A stretch of DNA of 64,000 nt, taken from assembly GCF_006345805.1 (NCBI RefSeq), contig NC_043019.1, positions 10,911,360 to 10,975,359 of the forward strand, in the 5' to 3' direction. The notes under the pieces are model-generated. The model was not told the DNA's origin. It saw only the letters and a program-made list of their open reading frames with translations, and did not search any database. The position numbers were made by a program, and so were the translations under genes. The DNA comes from Octopus sinensis (lineage: Eukaryota). Each line of letters starts with the position of its first letter. Position 1 is the stretch's first letter. Shown one piece after another: positions 51,152 to 64,000 of this stretch.

Positions 51152-51182
<31 letters not shown>

Positions 51183-51783
51183 CGACGGGCTTCTTTCAGT
51201 TTCCATCTGCCAAATCCACTCACAAGGCTTGGTCGGCCCGAGGCTATAGTAGAAGACACTTGCTCAATGTGCCACGCAGTGGGATTGAATCTGGAACCAT
51301 GTGGTTGGTAAGCAAGCTACTTACCACACAGCCACTCCTGCGCCTATGATTCCTATTTTACTCAAATGGACCCCTGCCTTCATTCAATGTTTTAAAAAAT
51401 CCCATTATATTTTTATCTTTTACTTGTTTCTCTCATTAGACTGTGGCCATGCTGGGGCACTGCCTTGAAGAATTTTAGTGGAATGAATCGACCTCTGTAC
51501 TTTGTATTTTTTAATCCTGGTATTTATTTATTCTATTGATGTCTTATGCTGAACTGCTACATTATGGGGATATAAACCCACCAACACTGGTTGTCAAACA
51601 GACACAGCCATAAAACCACACACACACACATGACGGCCTTTTCCCACTTTCTGTCTGCCATATTCAGTCACAAGGCTTTGGTGCTATTGGAGGAGACATT
51701 TGCACAAGGTGCCATGCAGTGGGACTGAACCTGGAACCATGTAATTGGGATACAACCTTCTTACCATTCAGTCACCCCTGTGC
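50866..51783 (-). mobile_element. Two SINE family B copies (younger ~50866-51344, older ~51418-51783)
   Basis: Reverse-complement matches. Confidence 0.75.
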
Positions 51784-51890
51784 ATATATATGTATAGGAC
51801 GGGAACTGTAAAAATATTTTTTCTCACTATAACACATTGAGTGTCATGGTCATTCAGATAAGCAGATGGGTTGATCAAAGTACACATGCC

Positions 51891-51960
<70 letters not shown>

Positions 51961-52192
51961 TATATATAATACAAAAATGGGACAAGAACGCAAAACATCC
52001 AGACAGGCGATACAAGGAAAACAAGGATGGATCATTCGGAGTTTTCTATCCTCAGTCGAGTTCCAGATTATCTTTGCAATTTTGGCTGGTTATACTCGAG
52101 ATTGCTTCAATCTGGCCAGCCCCCAAGGAAAAAATAAGCTAAGAGCATTAGATTCCTTGGAAGAAAGCAGCGAATGTATACGAAAACAAGGA

Positions 52193-52256
<64 letters not shown>

Positions 52257-52257
52257 G

Positions 52258-52635
52258 GGGCACAGACATGGCTGTGTGGTAGGAAGCTTGCTCTTCTGGC
52301 TTCAGTTCCACTGCATTGCACCTTAGGTAAATATCTACTACTAAAGCCTCGGGCTGATCAAAGCCTTGTGAGTGGATTTAGTAGACAGAAACTGAAGGAA
52401 GCCCATCATATATATGGGTGTGTGTGTGTGTGTGTGTTACTTCCCCCTTCCTCCACCGCTTGGCAATCGCTGCTGGTGTGTTTACATCCCTGTAACTTAG
52501 CTGTTCAGCAAAAGGGACTGATAGAATAAGTGCAAGGCTGAACAAAAAATGTAACTACTGGACTTGATTCATTCGGCTGAAATATCTTCAAGATGGTGCC
52601 CGAGCAATGCCTGCAATCTGATGACTGAAACAAAA
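52258..52635 (+). mobile_element. SINE family B (older)
   Basis: Diverged match. Confidence 0.7.
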
Positions 52636-52886
52636 AAAAATACAAGATATATATATCTATATGAAATGCCCCTCTTCAGAATGCTGTGATCTGCTAGAAA
52701 TAACAACTAAATTCCGCGCGCATCGAAGAGGTTATAAATCAGAATACAAATTCGTAGATGATGCAAGGGAAGTAACTCTTAATATTTCTTTTCGTTGCTC
52801 CGATGAATTTCACACTAGTTACCTCCCTTATAAGTATTTGTTTTTTTTTCACCACTGTCGTCATCATTGTTTAGCCATCATCATCA

Positions 52887-53280
52887 TCTCTCTATATATA
52901 AAGCTGAAGTTGTCTGTGTGTGACAGGTTTGGTAGCCTTCAACTAACACTATCTCCTCCGAGACCCTGCGGCACAAGTTGACCAAAATTGAGAGTATGAT
53001 AGAAGAAGGCTTACTCTTCCTTCCATAGAAGATAAAATTCAAATCGGACCATGTTAACACCAAAAATTATTTACATCAAAAAGGTGCTTTTTTTTTCTAT
53101 GAAAATCCCTTTTTTTTACGATTTTTTTACTGCTGTGTCGCCATTTTTCGGTGTATTTCAACCAGAAAAATGTTCACTTGAAGAGAATAACAAGCTACAT
53201 AATGCAAAACTTTTACTTTTCAAAAATTCCAATTCTAAAGGGTCAAAACAAACCCGAGCAACGCCGGGCGATACTGCTAG
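52887..53280 (+). mobile_element. Non-autonomous Helitron (same family as 8428-8809)
   Basis: a|TC...cccgagcaacgccggg cgatactgCTAG|t. Confidence 0.88.
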
Positions 53281-53574
53281 TATATTTTAATTCCATCCAC
53301 CACTAGGACTGGAAGTAGTTTATTATGGAAATGACTGACAGGACTGGAAAGGAGAAAAGGCAGACTTGGGCCTCCTTCCGTCATCCAACAGGATTTGAAC
53401 CCAAAATGTAAAGGTCCATCACAAAACGTCGCTGGTCTTAATGCTTCTGCCAATTCATGGATCGTCACTGTTTTGACATTTTGTTGTCGTTGGAACTCAT
53501 TCCTTTTTTATGGTGTTTCAAAGAGGTGCGATCACACACACACACACACAACTGCACACAGCTGACCTAAGGCT

Positions 53575-53806
53575 GTACTACTTAAGAAGAGTGGTCCCGG
53601 TGCGCGCAGTCGCGTACTCGCGCATCCGCGCTAGCTAGTCGTGACTAGTCGATCCTTAATTTGTGGTTTTGTATTTTATTTACTTCGTTTTAAAAAAATA
53701 TTTATTTTGTGTTTTATTTACTAGGTAGTCGTTGTAGGATCGACTAGTCACGACTAGCTAGCGCGGATGCATGAGTGCACGCACAGGGACCACTCTTCAG
53801 TAGTAC
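53575..53806. mobile_element. CpG-rich fold-back MITE with ~75-bp TIRs
   Basis: gcatccgcgctagctagtcgtgactagtcgatcct is a perfect inverted repeat; AT-rich spacer. Confidence 0.75.
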
Positions 53807-55185
53807 CACCCGAGTTTAATCAAGAAAAATAATTATTATGGTTACCCTACTGTTGAGATATACAAACCACCACCACCACCACTGCTATCATCGCCACCGC
53901 CATCTCTGTCACCTTCCACCACTACCGCCGCCACCACCACCACAGCATGACTGATTAAGTGGAGTTCATTCCATCTTTAATCCTTTGGCATTGGTGTGGC
54001 TGAGTGGTAAGAAGTTTGTTTCCTGACCACATGGTCTCAGGTTCATTTCCACTGTGTGGCACCTTGGGCAGGTGTCTTCTACAATAACCCCAGGCTGACC
54101 AGAGCCCTGTGAATGGGTCTAGTAGATGCAAACTGAAAGATGTTCATTGTGTTTGTGAGTGTATGTATGTATGTGTGTGTATGTATGTATGTATATATAT
54201 ATATATATATATCATCATCATCATCGTTTAACGTCCGCTTTCCATGCTAGCATGGGTTTAAATAACGAGGGAGATAAATTGAATATTAATTTAATTAATA
54301 TCAATTTAAAACCAGTAGCCTAGCATATATAAAAAAATCCAAAAAATCAGAAAAAATTATTTATCTGCATAATTATCTCCATATCTTCTCACCTGAATTT
54401 TCTCTTATAGCCATTCTTTACTCCATGGAATTAGTCCCCTGTAAAGACATCAGAATCTAAGTTCAAATCATTTGACTGCTACTGTTTTCTATACTGAGAA
54501 TCTTTGGACCTCATCTCTTGACTATATATATATATAGATATACCTTGACTTAAGTCGTACTTGTTTATATGTTGGTTTTCAAAAATAATATAGGATAAAA
54601 TACAAATTAAGCTAAGTCATTTTACTCAACTTTACGTCTGTTTGCTGCAAATATTTGAATCATAAAATCACTAGAAAACCATTAAAAGTACATAAAATCA
54701 TGTTACGGTACAGTAAATAAGAATAAAAGCATATAAAATCATATTAAAATATGTACAGTAAATGTTAAGATACACACCATAAAGTAGTGTAGCTTAGTGA
54801 CTGAAATCACGAAATCATATAAATTGGTAAATTTAGAATAATTTAGTTTTTTTTTTTACTATTGTGAAATAATGATAATTACTGAATTTGTTTTTTAAGC
54901 TTAAAAAAGTCTTTTATTTTACCATTTCTTATTGCGAACTGCATTCATAAATAAAGCATATTCGTAAATTTAGATTACTTTTTTTGTTATTGTACTGTAT
55001 TACAAAATAAAAATTGTTTTTTGTCAGCTTAAAATAGGCTTTTATTAACCAGGTATTATTGAAAATGCATTCATAAATAAAGTATAGAACTGGGAATGGT
55101 TATTATCGGTTTAGCCTAGAGACAAGTTAATTCGACTTAAGTTGTGTCTCCTGGAACCAATTAACAATGTAGGGTGAGATATGCT

Positions 55186-55243
<58 letters not shown>

Positions 55244-56080
55244 TACACGACATATTTCTTTCAGTTTCTGTCTGTCTAATCTACTCACAAGTCTTTGGCC
55301 GATGCTTGAGGTGCTACTACACTGTAGGACTGAATCCAAGATCTCAAGGTTATGAAGCAAGCTCCTTAATCACACAACCCCAAAGGCACCTTAAATATTG
55401 ATATAACACCAATATAACACTAACGTCTCTGCCAGCTCGCCACCTTCCTGGGTAAGCTTTATAAACGAAAACCAAAACACCCCTGGATCTTACTTCTGGA
55501 ACATTCTGATATATTCACTTACTGGCATTCTGTTGGTTATGACGGCGAGTGTTTCAGTTGATTCGATCAACGAAACAACCTGCTCGTGAAATTACCATAT
55601 ACTGGAAATAGCAGCTGAATTTCCCTCTAATTACACCATGTCATCATCAAAAATGTAGCTGGCACATTGGATAATGCAGTTTCAGCAGGAACGGCATGGC
55701 TGGAATGTCAGAAGTGAAGCTAAACAACAACCACCACTGCTGCTGCATATTCAAATGTGTAGTGTGGTCATCAGCTAGGTGGAATTATTGGATATCTGTA
55801 GATCTGTGGTGTATTATATTGATCTGTTTGATTGATTTCTTGTATGCCATAGGTCAACTCCGCAACAACAGCAACAATCATTTATAAATAAGACAATGGA
55901 TTGGCTCAGTGGTTAGGGCATCATACAGGATGATTTGTGGTATTTGTTCTGACTCTCTGTATTCTGTGTTCAAATCATACTAAAGTCAACTTTAACTCCC
56001 ATTCTTTGCTTTTGGTGGGGATAACAAAGTATAAAGCACCAGTGCAGGGCAGTAGGTCAACAGAATTGGTTAGCAGAATT

Positions 56081-56485
56081 GGCGGCAAGCTGGCAGAAAC
56101 GTTAGCATGCCGGGTGAAGTGCTTAGCGGTGTTTCGTCTGACGTTATGTTCTGAGTTCGATTTCCGCCGAGGTCGACTTTGCCTTTCATCATTTCGGGGT
56201 CGATTAAATAAGTACCAGTTATGCACAGGGGTTGATATAATCAACTTAATCCTTGTTTGTCCACTCTATGTTTAGCCCCTTGTAGGTAGTAAAGAAATAG
56301 GGTATTTCGTCTGCCGTTACGTTCTGAGTTAAAATTCCGCCGAGGTCAACTTTGCCTTTTATCCTTTTGGGGTCGATTAAATAAGTACCAGTTATGCAGT
56401 GGGATCGATATAATCGACTTAATCTGGTTGTCTGTCCTTGTTTGTTCTCTCTGTGTTTAGCCCCTTGTGGGCAGTAAAGAAATAA
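56081..56485 (+). mobile_element. SINE family A dimer
   Basis: TSD agaattggttagcag on both sides. Confidence 0.88.
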
Positions 56486-57460
56486 GAATTGGTTAGCAGT
56501 AGCATGGGGGATGTCTTGTAATATTTGTTCTGGCTCTGTAGATTTTGATTTCAACTCATGCTGCTTGCGGTCATTGTATCAGGTATCATATCTGGCACGT
56601 AGGGTGCCAACGATAGTGTTAGAGCTGGATTGGTTAACCTGAAGATCGTCTTTGAATAAATGAAACTTTTTAATACAACCAATACCACTGAACTGTAACT
56701 ACTTCCACCTTTACCCCCCCCCCCCCACACACAAAAGGGGTGCTGAAAATTCGTGACTTTGGGTAAAATAAAATACAGGGCTAAACACAGAGAGGACAAA
56801 CAAGGACAGACAAATGGATTAAGTCGATTATATCGACCCCAGTGCATAACTGGTACATAATTTATCGACCCCGAAAGGATGAAAGGCAAAGTCGACCTCG
56901 GCGGAATTTGAACTCAGAACGTAACGGCAGACGAAATACCGCTAAGCATTTCGCCCAGCATGCTAACGTTTCTGCCAGCTCGCCGCCTTATTGTGGCAGT
57001 CCTTCAGTTTTTGTAAGCCCTGTAAAAGAACTTGAAAGATTGAGCTTACAACCAGGCCTTTTGTGATGCCCTTAAAGCCAGGAACTTTTCAGCACTCCCT
57101 TGTATACATGCATATTGCCTACACTCACATATATACACATCTATTGTTGTATATACACTCAGGGCCATCTTAGTTGCAGTATAGGCCCCTAGAAAATCAA
57201 TCCATCAGGCCCTATAGTATTTATCTGACAGCTAATCACAGTATACATAGATCAAAATTGGGTCCTTACGTCCATGGGGTACCTGGGAAAATCAATGAAC
57301 TGGGCCTTATACTTATTTATTTGACAGCAGACCACAGCATATATAGATCAGAATTGAGTCCCTAGACCTGTGTGGCCCCTGGGTAACTGTCTTGTGTGCC
57401 CATACCTTCAGATGTAACTCTGTATGCACTAATTCATGAACACTTTGCTTATACGCATAT

Positions 57461-57630
57461 GTATTTCATCTGTCGTTACGTGTCCTGAGTTCAAATTCCG
57501 CCGAGGTCGACTTTGCCTTTCATCCTTTCGGGGTCGATAAAGTACCAGTTTCGCACTGGGGTTGATGTAATTGACTTAATCCCTTTGTTTTTCCCCTCTG
57601 TGTTTAGCCCCTTGTGGGTAGTAAAGAAAA
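57461..57630 (+). mobile_element. SINE family A headless monomer
   Basis: Starts exactly at gtatttc. Confidence 0.8.
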
Positions 57631-57705
57631 ATATATACTTGTAAACACATTCAGTCACATATGTTCATATGTGTATGTATATATATATCTGTGTGTGTGT
57701 GTGTG

Positions 57706-58035
57706 TGTGGGTAAGAAGCTTGCATTCCAACCACATGGTTCCGGGTTCAGTCCCACTGCGTGGCACCTTGGGCAAGTGTCTTCTAATATAGCCTTGGGTC
57801 AACCAAAGCCTTGTGAGTTGATTTGGTAGATAGAAACTGAAACAAGCCCATCATGTATGTGTGTGTGTCTTTGTGTCTGTGTTTGTCCGTCCCCTTGGTC
57901 CCTATAACCCAGCAGTTTGGCATCGAATAAGTACTAGGCTTAAAAAAATAAGCACTGGGGTCGATTTGTTCGACTAAAACCCTTCAAGGCAATGCTCCAG
58001 CCTGGCCGCAGTCAAATGACTGAAACAAGTAAAAG
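57706..58035 (+). mobile_element. SINE family B
   Basis: Match to family B head and tail. Confidence 0.75.
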
Positions 58036-58383
58036 AATATATATATACACTTTCATTCCCATACATTTATCTCTGTACATCATCATTATCATCATCATCA
58101 CTTTATCTCTGTTACCTCACCCGCCCTTACTTGCTTGGGTTGCACAGGTCTCCCCTAGCACAGTGCTGTGGTCCCTTATCTCATCTCCCTTGTTAGAAGA
58201 TTCAACAAACGTCATGAATTTGAGTTCAGCCTTTTCCCTCTGTCTCTTCCCATGTCTTCCCCTTCCATCTCTGTTGGCTGACAACTTCTTCCCCATCCAT
58301 CTTCCAGTGTTTATCCACACCCCATGTCCATAATATCTACCTATCCATTCACATACACATCTCTAGGTACTACATAAAAGCGA

Positions 58384-58384
<1 letters not shown>

Positions 58385-58475
<91 letters not shown>

Positions 58476-58572
58476 CATACATACATACACATACATGTAT
58501 ACCAACACACACAGCCCTTATGTACATATATTTAATTTGTGTACAAAGATATGCATGACATTTTTGCTTATA

Positions 58573-58624
<52 letters not shown>

Positions 58625-61600
58625 TATGTGTGTATAAATGCGTCTCTCTCTCTGTATTATATATATATCTATATATATATATATATATATGTATATTGTG
58701 TGGTGTGTGTGTTATATATGTGGTGTGTGTAGTATATGTGTTTGTGTGTGTGTATGTATATATATATATACATACATTTATGTGCATTTTTATACATTCA
58801 TTCATGCTCTCACATATACACCCACATGCAACAAAATAACATGTATTCTCTATATGCACATCTCTCCTCTCTCCCCTCTTCTCTCTATATATACATATAT
58901 GCACACATACACACACACATACACAATCCACATATTATATGCCCACAACATGCACGCATATATGCATATAGATACGTACAATTCCACACACACGTGTGCA
59001 CACATACACACATCTATGTAATCATGCCACATACAGATTTACAGATTTCCTACATGCACACATCACACATCACACATCAGCATGTACATACAGGCATATA
59101 GACAGCTTGCCTGCAGTTACACACACACACACACACATGCATCTAATTATCCATGAACGCAGATATCTTTAGCAACAAATACACACACACACACACATAC
59201 ACATTTCAATACAAATGCACACACTGACCAACACACACACACTTTCCTACAAATACATAGAATCATACACAACACACACTTCCATACAATACACCACAAA
59301 ACACACACACACACACCCTCCATACAAATCCACACACAAACAACACACCACCACACTTCCATACAAATACACACACAAACACACACACACACACTTCCTA
59401 CAAATACATACAATCATACACACACACCACACACACTTCCTGTCTCCATACAATACATACAATCATAACACACCAACCACACACTTCCATACAAATACAC
59501 ACACAAACACACACACACACACTTCCATACAAATACATACAATCATACACACACACACACACTTCCATACAAATACATACAATCATACACACACACACAC
59601 ACTTCCATACAAATACATACAATCATACACACACACACACACACACTTCCATACAAATACATACAATCATACACACACACACACACACACACACACAGAT
59701 TAACATACACGCACTTCAATACAAATGTACAATGTCACACACACACAAACACACACTTACCCATATATACACATGCTCATACACACACAATCTCACACAC
59801 ATGCACACACACACACACATTCACAAGAACCTATCCACCTACACATGCAAACGCATGGACAGGACACCGATAGTCAACTCCCCCAACTGCATCCCTTCCC
59901 TCCCTCCTTCCCCCACCTCCCTGCCTCCTACCTCTCCTCACATTCCCTCTCCTCCTCCCACACCTCCTTCATGTGCACCAAATGGGAAAATGTTCAATAA
60001 TTAATGCACTCTAACATGTGCAATCACAATGCTGCAGTTAATTGCATCAGTGAAATGTTAGTTGAGGAATTTGCACCAAGTGCAGCAGAATGTGTAAATA
60101 CGTTTTTCGGTGCATGCATGCATTCGTGCACGGGCGTGTGCGTGTAACATGCATGAACATGAAAGTGCAATGCGCAACACTTGTGCAGAGGAAAACTGCA
60201 CTTTACAACAGCTAGGACTCGACACTTGTGGAGGCTGAATATGTTTAGGCATTAGGATTGTTACTTCGCATCAAAATACGCACACACACATGCAGTTTGA
60301 ATGTGTGTGTATATATATGTGTGTGTATATATATATATGTGTGTGTGTGTGTATATATGTGTGTGTATATATATGTGTGTGTGTGTGTGTGTATATATAT
60401 ATGTGTGTGTGTGTGTGAATGAGCAAGTGTGTGTGTGTGTATATATATATGTGTGTGTATATATATATGTGTGTGTGTGTGTGTATATATGTGTGTGTAT
60501 ATATATGTGTGTGTGTGTGTGTGTATATATATATGTGTGTGTGTGTGAATGAGCAAGTGTTACTGTGTGTGTGTATATATATATATGTTTGTGTGGTGTT
60601 ATATATGTGTGTGTGTGTGTGTGTATATATATATGTGTGTGTGTGTGTGAATGAGCAAGTGTGGGTTTGTGTGTATATATATATGTGTGTGTGTGGTATA
60701 TATGTTGTGTATATATTATGGGTGTGTGGTGTGTGTGTATATATATAATGTGTGTTGTGTGAATGAGCAAGGTGTGTGTGTGTATATATATATGTTTGTG
60801 TGCTGTGTGAATGAGCAAGTGTGTGTGTGTTGGTATATTATATATCTATATGTTTGTGTGTATGAGTGAATGTGTGTGATTGTGTGTGTATATATATGTG
60901 AATGTGTATGTATATATATATGTGTGTGTGTATATATATGTGAATGTGTGTGTGTGTGTATATATATGTGAATGTGTGTGTGTATATATATGTGAATGTG
61001 TGTGTATATATGTGACTGTGTGTGTGTGTATATGTGACTGTGTGTGTATATATATGTGAATGTGTGTGTGTATATATGTGAATGTGTGTGTGTATATATG
61101 TGAATGTGTGTGTGTGTGTATATGTGAATGTGTGTGTGTATATATGTGAATGTGTGTGTGGATATATGTGAGTGCGTGTGTGCGTATGTATGTGAATGTG
61201 TGTATGTGTATATATATATATGTATGTATGTATTAATGTGTGTGTGTATATATGTGAATGTGTGTGTGGATATATGTGAATGTGTGTGTGGATATATGTG
61301 AGTGCGTGTGTGCGTATGTATGTGAATGTGTGTATGTGTATATATTATATATGTATGTATGTATTAATGTGTGTGTGTATATATGTGAATATGCTTGTAT
61401 ATGTGTTTATATAAAAATACATATACACATCTGTGTGTGTGTGTATGCGTGCATATGTATCTTTTACCTCTATATGAATATATGTGTGTGATTTATGTGT
61501 TCCTGACTTATATATACACCTAAGACACACATCCACACACACACACAAAAGTATTAAAACTCTATATTATATATTGAGTGCTGCTCCCATTTCATATTAT

Positions 61601-61652
61601 GCGTGTGTATATATATATATATATATATATACACACAAACTTATAATATTAC

Positions 61653-61691
<39 letters not shown>

Positions 61692-62459
61692 CAGTTCTTT
61701 TGTTCTCTTTGTGTACAATTATAAAAATGATGAAAAATAAGTCAGACTTCCACATACAATGCATACATACATACATACGTACACACACATACATACATAC
61801 GTACACACATACATACATATATACACACACATACATACATACAAACATACATACACACACATACATGCATGCCTGCATGCATACACACATACATACACAC
61901 ACACATACACACACACACACATACACACATACACACACATACATACACACATACATACACACATACATACATATACACACATACATACATAACATACATA
62001 CATACATAACATACATACATAACATACATACATAACATACATACATACATACATACATACATACACACACATGCACACACATACACACATATATACACAC
62101 ATACATACACACACAGATACACACGTACACACACACATACATACATACACACATACACACACATACATACATACATACAAACATACACACATACATGCAC
62201 ACATACATACACACACACACACACACTCCTATTTTTAACATACCATTAATTACACAGTTTGCATGCACACATGCTTACATTCACACACATAAATTTACAT
62301 ATGTGTGTGGTGTGTGTATATATATGGGAATATGTGTGTCTGTATATATACATACAGACACACACACATCTGTTTTCTACATATTAACTGCACAATTTGC
62401 ATCAACGCATGCATACACACACACGCACAAAATTAACCATACAGTTTCCATCAGCATGT

Positions 62460-62499
<40 letters not shown>

Positions 62500-62500
62500 T
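58385..62500. repeat. Large field of compound (TA)n/(CA)n/(TG)n/(CATA)n micro- and minisatellites
   Basis: Direct inspection; sub-arrays at 59180-59700, 60300-61400 and 61760-62225. Confidence 0.9.
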
Positions 62501-62993
62501 CATCAACGCACACAGAGTTCTGTGTATACACACTGCTAATTTTATAGTTTGCAGTTTCTCACACGAAATTGAAAAGAACAACAACAAAAAGATTGAAGGA
62601 TGAACTATATTCGGATAAAACTAGATAAATTCTCTTTATTTCTTCAGTTCTATGACGACGATGATGATGATGATGGTGGTGGTGGTGGTGGTGGTGGCTG
62701 TGTCGATGGTTGTGGTGTTGTAAGGTTGTGGAGGTGATGTTGGTGTTGTTGTTGTTGTTGGCATTGGTGGTTGGTAATTGCGGTGTTGGTGTTGGTGGCA
62801 GGGAAAGGAAATTCCTTACGTGTGAAACTCAACTGTAGAAATTGGTAACAGTCAGTCGAGGGTGGTTGTGGTGGTGGTGGTAGTGAGGTTGGTTTTCCTG
62901 GTTGGAGGTGAGAGGCTGAATACCATCCAGATTTATGTGTATATAACCACCATACCTCTGAATTTGATTTCCACTTTAGCTTCAGGTTTATTA

Positions 62994-63037
<44 letters not shown>

Positions 63038-63047
63038 GTTATTATTT

Positions 63048-63220
63048 ACTCTCTTTTACGTGTCACAGTCGTTTGACTGCGGCCATGCTGGAGCACCAAC
63101 TTTAGTCGAGCGAATCGACCCCAGGACTTATTCTTTGTAAGCCTAGTACTTACTCGATCGGTCTCTCTTGGAGTGTGTATGTGTGTATGTATGTATGTAT
63201 GTGTGTGTATGTCTGTGTGC

Positions 63221-63252
<32 letters not shown>

Positions 63253-63652
63253 GTATGTAAACACCCCAGCATCGGTTGTCAAGCGATGTTGGGGGGGGGC
63301 AAATACAGACGCACAAACATATACACACACACATACATATATTAGCATGGGTTGGATGGTTTGACTGAGGGCTGGCGAACCAGATGGCTGATCAAGGTTG
63401 GAGCCTGGTGCAGCCATCTGGTTCGCCAGCCCTCAATCAAACCATCGAACCCATGCTAGCATGGAAAGTGGACATTAAATGATGATATACGACAGGCTTC
63501 TTTCAGTTTCCGTCTACCAAATCCACTCAGGAGGCTTTGGTCGGCTCGAGGCTATAGTAGAAGACACTTGCCCATGGTGCCACGCAGTAGGAATGAACCC
63601 GGAACCATGCAGTTCGTAAGCTAGCTACTTACCACACAGCCACTCCTGCACC
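63048..63652 (-). mobile_element. SINE family B with inserted microsatellite and family C fragments
   Basis: Reverse-complement match, interrupted at ~63340-63485. Confidence 0.7.
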
Positions 63653-63662
63653 TATATATGTA

Positions 63663-63693
<31 letters not shown>

Positions 63694-64000
63694 TGTGTGT
63701 CTGTTTGTCATCCACCACAGCTTGACAAACAGGTTCTGGTGTGTTTACATCTCCGTAACTTAGTGGTTTGGCAAAAAGAGACCGATAGAACATGTACCAG
63801 GCTTAAAAAAAAAAAGAACTTGGGTCAATTCATTCGACTAAAAAATTTTTCAAGGTAGTGCCCCAGCATGGCCACAGTCTAATGACTGAAACTAGGAAAA
63901 AGATAAAGGTTATACCTGCAGAGCTATCATCACCTTTGATGATGATGATGATGTATTGATGTAACTGATGTTGCGGTCACTTGCTAGACATTAATGTTGT

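Noticed and set aside
59147-62539. Many His/Thr or Cys/Val ORFs
   Set aside because: (CA)n, (TG)n and (CATA)n artefacts

Overview
AT-rich, repeat-dense eukaryotic DNA. The SINE families and dense (TA)n/(CA)n/(CATA)n microsatellites suggest an Octopus-like cephalopod (inference). Host genes: four coding exons of a REX1-B-domain gene (REX1BD/C19orf60-like, + strand, 13201-17938, start exon not found) and an isolated first coding exon of a HINT3-like gene (27084-27188). There is also a decayed histone H2A fragment (24459-24604). The rest is mostly mobile DNA: at least three tRNA-derived SINE families, RTE and CR1-type LINE 3' fragments, non-autonomous Helitrons, Tc1/mariner, pogo/Tigger and hAT relics and MITEs, and simple repeats. 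Most ORFs in the supplied track are microsatellite or SINE artefacts. Two patterns stand out. (1) One tRNA-derived SINE repeatedly forms head-to-tail arrays (up to 12 x ~184 bp inside one TSD) with the same junction, at the loop of its extended anticodon-arm hairpin. (2) About ten hammerhead-ribozyme-like motifs of Penelope type occur, mostly embedded in (TA)n, including fold-back pairs, family-level non-canonical cores and one preceded by a Pol III B-box. All calls were made by eye and repeat boundaries are approximate.
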